Positions 47,505-51,572 of a stretch of DNA of 51,572 bases are shown here, one piece after another. The stretch spans positions 1 through 51,572 of the forward strand of contig DATCJR010000092.1 in NCBI GenBank assembly GCA_036562685.1. The letters are read 5' to 3'. The notes below the pieces were generated by a model. The model was not told where the DNA came from. It saw only the letters and a program-made list of their open reading frames with translations, and made no database searches. A program made the position numbers and the translations under genes. Origin of the DNA: Clostridia bacterium (GTDB taxonomy: Bacteria > Bacillota > Clostridia > Christensenellales > DUVY01). How positions within the stretch are numbered: position 1 is the first letter of the stretch; every line of letters begins with the position of its first letter.

Positions 47505-48964
47505 ATTCTGTACCCCTGCCTTAACCTTTTGATAAGCCTTTCTTTATCTTTGGTGATTATGCTCTTGTTTGTTTTTATTTCAGGCGGTTCGGGGCGGCTC
47601 ATTATGTAATACCTGAGTTCGTCCATAGCATGGTCTAATTCCTTTTTGGGCATATCGCCCGCATCCCAGCGGTAAGACAAAAACTCCTTGATCATGTTGA
47701 CGCAATGCGAAAAAACATATAACTTGGGCTTGCCGTTTTCGCCTTTTAGATAATATTTGACACGCGAAATCCCCGAAAACACATCTTTGTTGACCTTGTG
47801 ATTGACATGGATGCCCTCGTCATAAAAAAGCTCGCTTACGCTTTTCGTGCCTGCCAATGTCTTTGCCGCCGCCGCACTGTCTATCAGTGCGGATATATGC
47901 CCCGATTTATCTTTAATCCATCCAAGATCCGCGCATATTTTTTTGATTCGGTCGGCATGATACTTTACATCCTTTCCTGCCTGATAATGCTCGGCTATCA
48001 CATATACATTGCCGTCATAGTCCACAGCGTACCAATGCGCCGAAAGCGGATTGTTTAGACCTGGGTCTATCGAAATATTGTCATACCATTCAACAGGCAC
48101 GCTGAACGGTTCTATCACATGCACACTGGTGTCAAACTCTTTATATACAAGTCCGCCTAACCCTGAAAACTTGCCGTACCGTCTTGAATCCAGTTCTTCG
48201 CTGTCTAACAGTCTAGTCATACGCTCTATTTCTGCTTTATCTAAGTACGGATTGTCCGCCCATTCCATGTGAATATGCCACAAATCTGGATCGTTCTTTT
48301 GGTTTTTGAATATCAGTTCATACACCCAGTTAAGCCCTTTTAAGGGAGTCATGGTTACCCAGATATAGCCTTTTTTGTCCAGCAGCCTCATGCGGCATTC
48401 ATCGTATATGTCTTTTGGCGGCTCTTCGTCTATCCATACAAAATCAAGACTAGTGCCTTGAAATTTTTCTCTGCCCTGATCGCAGCTTTTAAACCCAAGT
48501 CTAGATATTCCGCCGAAAACATTTTTGACCAAGATATAATCAATCACGCCCTCAGAATAATTGTCTTTAGAACCTGACGACATAACCACATCTGCAATGC
48601 ACCGCTTAGGCAAATATTCCAAAATCTTTCTTTGTGCGACATCGCGAGATACCTGACTAGACAGCGAAACCGCCCAGCCGCTTACATTGGGGCGGTTGGG
48701 TTTATATGGGTGATTGCCTAACAGCGTCCACACTGTTTCCACCGCCCCGCATTCTGTTTTTCCGCTTCGATTTCCTCCAAAGACAAAGCGCGTGCGTGCG
48801 CAAGCGTTATGAAACATAAGCTGTTTTTTGTGAACTTTTTCGCCTGTGTTGTATTTTGACAATTTATCTGAAACGCTTCTTAAATCCAGTTCTTTTTTTA
48901 ATTTGAGATATTTTTGAATTTTTTGGTTTATATCCATAATCAAACTTAACATTATTCGACACAA
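47501..48964 (-). CDS. terL: Phage terminase large subunit.
   Basis: Walker A GGNRSGKTECG, Walker B LDFVWIDEEP, and a C-terminal nuclease-like half. The start may be ATG at 48937 (MDINQK) rather than TTG at 48964. Confidence 0.9.
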   Translation of the reverse strand: MCRIMLSLIMDINQKIQKYLKLKKELDLRSVSDKLSKYNTGEKVHKKQLMFHNACARTRFVFGGNRSGKTECGAVETVWTLLGNHPYKPNRPNVSGWAVSLSSQVSRDVAQRKILEYLPKRCIADVVMSSGSKDNYSEGVIDYILVKNVFGGISRLGFKSCDQGREKFQGTSLDFVWIDEEPPKDIYDECRMRLLDKKGYIWVTMTPLKGLNWVYELIFKNQKNDPDLWHIHMEWADNPYLDKAEIERMTRLLDSEELDSRRYGKFSGLGGLVYKEFDTSVHVIEPFSVPVEWYDNISIDPGLNNPLSAHWYAVDYDGNVYVIAEHYQAGKDVKYHADRIKKICADLGWIKDKSGHISALIDSAAAAKTLAGTKSVSELFYDEGIHVNHKVNKDVFSGISRVKYYLKGENGKPKLYVFSHCVNMIKEFLSYRWDAGDMPKKELDHAMDELRYYIMSRPEPPEIKTNKSIITKDKERLIKRLRQGYRM

Positions 48965-49017
48965 AGTCAGAAAATCATAGTATAAAAGTTAACTTGCGGG
49001 GCGTATAATTTTAGTTG

Positions 49018-49755
49018 ATGAAGAGGTTGTTTTGCTTTTTTATTTTTTTGCTTTTGTCGATTGTATCTGTATTCGGCGGTTTTTGGACATACCCAAAAAA
49101 AACTCATGCGCAAAACGGAAATTTAGGCTATGGACTGATCGTGGAGTCAAAGTCTGTACTCTACCGCAATCCTGTCAATTCGGATACTTTGGACAACATC
49201 TATTTTTATTTGCCTGAAACTTATTTTGTAGAAGTGTTGGAAAAAATTGATGATGTTTTTTATAAGGTTAGGTATGTTGATGTAGTCGGTTATGTCAAAT
49301 TTTCAGCTATTAATATAAAAAACTATGTGCCCGTCTCGGTTTTTCCTACCAATCTGTCCCTAAAAATCAACGGTGATATTACGGTCAATGTCCGTTCACT
49401 GCCTGACACAAGCTCTGCCCTTATAACAACCTTGCCTTCAGGCACAAGCGTTGAATATTACAACAAAACATCCGGACAAGAACTAAACAGCGGTTCGGCA
49501 TATTGGTATTATGTCAAAATCAACACCGGCACGCAGACCTTGTACGGATATGTGTATTCGGACTATATAACGCTAAACAGCGAAATAATATATCCAAACG
49601 ATATCTCTCCCATGCCCGTAAGCAACGAAAAAGATCCAGACGAGATACTCAATGACAAATACACCTTCTGGACTCAAATAATAATTGCTCTAGCTGTTTG
49701 CATCCCGATAGTGTTTATAATCTATCTTATTTTCAAGCCTAGAAAAACAGCCTAA
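49018..49755 (+). CDS. Signal-peptide protein with two bacterial SH3 (SH3b) domains and a C-terminal TM anchor.
   Basis: MKRLFCFFIFLLLSIVSVFG.... Two SH3b-like repeats (...VNVRSLPDTSSALITTLPSGTSVEYY...YWYYVKI...GYVYSDYI). C-terminal IIIALAVCIPIVFIIYLIF. Confidence 0.75.
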   Translation: MKRLFCFFIFLLLSIVSVFGGFWTYPKKTHAQNGNLGYGLIVESKSVLYRNPVNSDTLDNIYFYLPETYFVEVLEKIDDVFYKVRYVDVVGYVKFSAINIKNYVPVSVFPTNLSLKINGDITVNVRSLPDTSSALITTLPSGTSVEYYNKTSGQELNSGSAYWYYVKINTGTQTLYGYVYSDYITLNSEIIYPNDISPMPVSNEKDPDEILNDKYTFWTQIIIALAVCIPIVFIIYLIFKPRKTA

Positions 49756-49780
49756 ATTTCAATAGGTTTTTTGTCATAAA

Positions 49781-49810
49781 AAGCAGCCAAAACTTAAGGC
49801 TGCTTATTTT
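49781..49810. terminator. Bidirectional terminator between the convergent SH3b and sigma-like genes.
   Basis: AAGCAGCC / GGCTGCTT stem with a 9-nt loop and T-runs on both strands. Confidence 0.6.
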
Positions 49811-50343
49811 TCGTACATTATCCCCTGTCTTTGCATATAAACTGCTTTTGGTATAATTTTTATGTCAGGCTTTTCTTTCTTTTGTGTGTTTTTAGTTTTT
49901 TGAACGCACAATTTCATAAGCCATTTTTGATTTCCATAAGTTTTCAAAAACCAATCATCATCAAATCCGTTTTTTATAAAATACTCATTACAAACCTCAG
50001 GCAGATCTTCTAATAGTCTAAAAATACTTCGGATGCTTAGCCCAAGCATCTTAGCGATATCATGCACTTTTTTTCTTTCTATGTATCTTTTTCTTGCTAC
50101 CTGACGATATTTATACGGCAGACTGTTAATCATATCCATAACCAAAACCTTGAGATTGATAAGGTCGATTTTGTAATTGGTCAAATCAGTAATCGCCTTT
50201 ATATCGCCAAAAATTTCATGCGGTTGTCCGTCTATTCCTGATGATTTTATGGCGATGTCCATTACCTTTCTATCCGATATGTCCGCCAAAATCTGAAGTT
50301 GTTCATAACCTTGAAGCATAGCATTGATAAATTCGTAATTCAT
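49804..50343 (-). CDS. Sigma-70 region-4-like HTH protein; candidate phage late-gene activator (ArpU/RinA-like).
   Basis: LPYKYRQVARKRYIERKKVHDIAKMLGLSIRSIFRLLEDL resembles a sigma region 4 HTH. Strong RBS GGAGGTGAT. Confidence 0.6.
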   Translation of the reverse strand: MNYEFINAMLQGYEQLQILADISDRKVMDIAIKSSGIDGQPHEIFGDIKAITDLTNYKIDLINLKVLVMDMINSLPYKYRQVARKRYIERKKVHDIAKMLGLSIRSIFRLLEDLPEVCNEYFIKNGFDDDWFLKTYGNQKWLMKLCVQKTKNTQKKEKPDIKIIPKAVYMQRQGIMYEK

Positions 50344-50555
50344 ATATCACCTCCGCCTCACTACCAAAATACCATATCTAAACATTTGTTTACAAGTGGA
50401 TTATGACAAATAATTGTATTTTTGAGATAGAAAATATTTATATTGAAAGCATTTATTATAAAATTTTCTTTTGATGTTTTTGTCATAATGAATTATAAAT
50501 ATGAATTTTTAAATAAGTTTTGGGGAACAATTTTATATGAAAGGAGTGTACAAAT

Positions 50556-50984
50556 ATGAATAAAACAGCTGATTTACTCAATTATATCTACAAAAATACG
50601 TCTATGGGCGTTTATACCATAAAACAAGCTGTGGGTATGGTTAAAAGTGAAGAATTTAAAAAGGTGCTAGAATCCCAGCTTGAAGAATATAAAGCTATCT
50701 TAGAAAAAGCGAGAGAACTTCTCAACAAACACAACTTTAAAGAAGAAGAGCCAGGTTTTTGCAAAAGGCTGTCCGCCTGCATTATGCTAAATGTGGAAAC
50801 CATATTTAACAACACCGATTCAAAGATAGCAGAAATGATGCTTATTGGAAGCAATATGGGTATAATTAAAGTTATTAAAAATCTAAAAAAAGTAACCGAA
50901 GCCGAAGAAGATATAAGAGAACTGATGCAAAGACTTCTCAAGCATGAAGAAAACAATGTTCAGCAGCTAAAGAAGTTTTTATAA
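50556..50984 (+). CDS. Hypothetical all-helical protein (142 aa; four-helix-bundle-like).
   Basis: RBS AAAGGAG and a terminator downstream. No family confidently recognised. Confidence 0.6.
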   Translation: MNKTADLLNYIYKNTSMGVYTIKQAVGMVKSEEFKKVLESQLEEYKAILEKARELLNKHNFKEEEPGFCKRLSACIMLNVETIFNNTDSKIAEMMLIGSNMGIIKVIKNLKKVTEAEEDIRELMQRLLKHEENNVQQLKKFL

Positions 50985-50993
50985 CCTCTTCCC

Positions 50994-51027
50994 AAAAAAA
51001 AATCACTCACAAACGAGTGATTTTTTA
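50994..51027 (+). terminator. Rho-independent terminator.
   Basis: AATCACTC / GAGTGATT stem with a 6-nt loop, followed by TTTTTT. Confidence 0.7.
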
Positions 51028-51128
51028 TTGAGTTATTTTGATTTTTTTTAACAACTTTTTTGTTTAATACTGACATATTATCTTTATTTTTATATATTCA
51101 TATTATCATAGAATTATTAAGGAGAAAA

Positions 51129-51335
51129 ATGATGAGTACGAGAAAAAAATTACTCGCCTTATTTCTTGTTGCGTTATTTTTGATTACATTTTTATTTGCC
51201 TGCAAAAAAGAGGAAGAATCAACAATTGATTTTAGTAAGGATATATCTTTTGATGTAACTCAGGCACAGTTTGAAGATATAACACTAGAAGAATTTCGTT
51301 CTGCTGTTAATACTGATTCTATAGCCATAGACTAA
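51129..51335 (+). CDS. Lipoprotein N-terminal ORF (68 aa), ended by a TAA that is followed by a long open frame in the same phase.
   Basis: RBS AAGGAG. MMSTRKKLLALFLVALFLITFLFAC with lipobox LFAC. The track start 51060 is trimmed. Confidence 0.5.
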   Translation: MMSTRKKLLALFLVALFLITFLFACKKEEESTIDFSKDISFDVTQAQFEDITLEEFRSAVNTDSIAID

Positions 51336-51572
51336 TCAGTTCAGGAAGAATGGATCGCAATAAAAGACGTGATTTTAACACAGGCGAACGGATATTATGT
51401 TTCTAAAGACGGACAGGTCAAGTCCGCAACAAAAACGACACATTATTATACATATTCCATTACAGAAAATGGCAAGACTAGAACGGGCGTCGAAATAAGC
51501 TCTATTTCGTATGAATATTTTGATGGAATATATTTGGCAAAAAAAGATAAAGACGGTAACAAAACCAAAAGA
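51336..51572 (+). pseudogene. 79 stop-free codons in the same frame as the preceding lipoprotein ORF, open to the window end. Probably the continuation of an interrupted gene.
   Basis: Translation: SVQEEWIAIKDVILTQANGYYVSKDGQVKSATKTTHYYTYSITENGKTRTGVEISSISYEYFDGIYLAKKDKDGNKTKR. There is no in-frame ATG with an RBS near its beginning. Confidence 0.4.

Larger units (their letters stand above)
36248..48964 (-). mobile_element. Phage-like packaging, head, short-tail and holin cluster: cryptic prophage, domesticated particle or satellite. The right boundary is uncertain and could extend to 50343.
   Basis: Contiguous co-oriented genes with start/stop overlaps. TerL, portal, scaffold, major capsid and holins are recognisable. 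No integrase or att repeat was seen. Confidence 0.7.

Noticed and set aside
36101-49014. Search for direct repeats (attL/attR) or a tRNA at the borders of the phage-like cluster.
   Set aside because: Comparing 36101-36247 with 48965-49014, 49756-49803 and 50344-50555 by eye showed no shared repeat of 12 nt or more and no tRNA-like sequence. This cannot be excluded without a computational repeat search.
49770-50488. Three copies of TTTGTCATAA (49770-49779 and 50479-50488 direct, 50401-50410 inverted) around the sigma-like gene, considered as att sites or operators.
   Set aside because: The same 10-mer also occurs at 19203-19212, and the 9-mer at 28695-28703, where it simply reflects ATGACAA start contexts. 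In this AT-rich sequence the clustering is not convincing without statistics.
1-51572. CRISPR arrays, rRNA/tRNA genes, transposases/IS elements, toxin-antitoxin pairs and known defence systems.
   Set aside because: No regularly spaced repeats, no cloverleaf-like or rRNA-like conserved segments, and no DDE/serine/tyrosine recombinase or typical defence-gene motifs were recognised on either strand.

Overview
Low-GC, Firmicutes/Clostridia-like chromosomal segment; almost every gene is on the minus strand. Three blocks are visible.

(1) Coordinates 1-36100 are mostly housekeeping genes with classical Firmicute synteny:
- yceD-rpmF, ackA, pta, tmcAL, rpsU and a HIT-family gene.
- mtaB-rsmE-prmA-dnaJ-dnaK-grpE-hrcA with a CIRCE operator.
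- A znuA-znuC-znuB-zur zinc-uptake operon.
- polA-coaE-slt.

Accessory loci are interspersed among these:
- Two cell-surface proteins with cadherin-like domains, one a membrane-anchored GH51 arabinofuranosidase.
- An orphan 726-aa secreted protein.
- A 4-gene amino-sugar operon: SIS deaminase-like, PIG-L deacetylase, PPGK-like ROK kinase, ROK repressor.
- A GT2/GtrA/large polytopic membrane protein set for surface-polymer glycosylation.

(2) Coordinates 36248-48964 hold a compact, translationally coupled phage-like cluster: TerL, TerS-like ORF, Zn-ribbon ORF, portal, scaffold, major capsid, adaptor-like protein, several large orphan structural proteins, a coiled-coil protein and two holin-like genes. 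It lies between a strong terminator next to the polA promoter and a divergent SH3b gene.
- No integrase, repressor, replication, tape-measure, tube, sheath or endolysin gene is visible in the window.
- This is the most interesting region. It could be a cryptic podovirus-like prophage, a domesticated particle, or a satellite.

(3) Coordinates 49018-51572 carry an SH3b membrane protein, a sigma-70 region-4-like regulator, a helical hypothetical protein, and a lipoprotein ORF interrupted by an in-frame TAA.

No rRNA, tRNA, CRISPR array or transposase was recognised. All family assignments come from motif and synteny recognition by eye; no database search was run.
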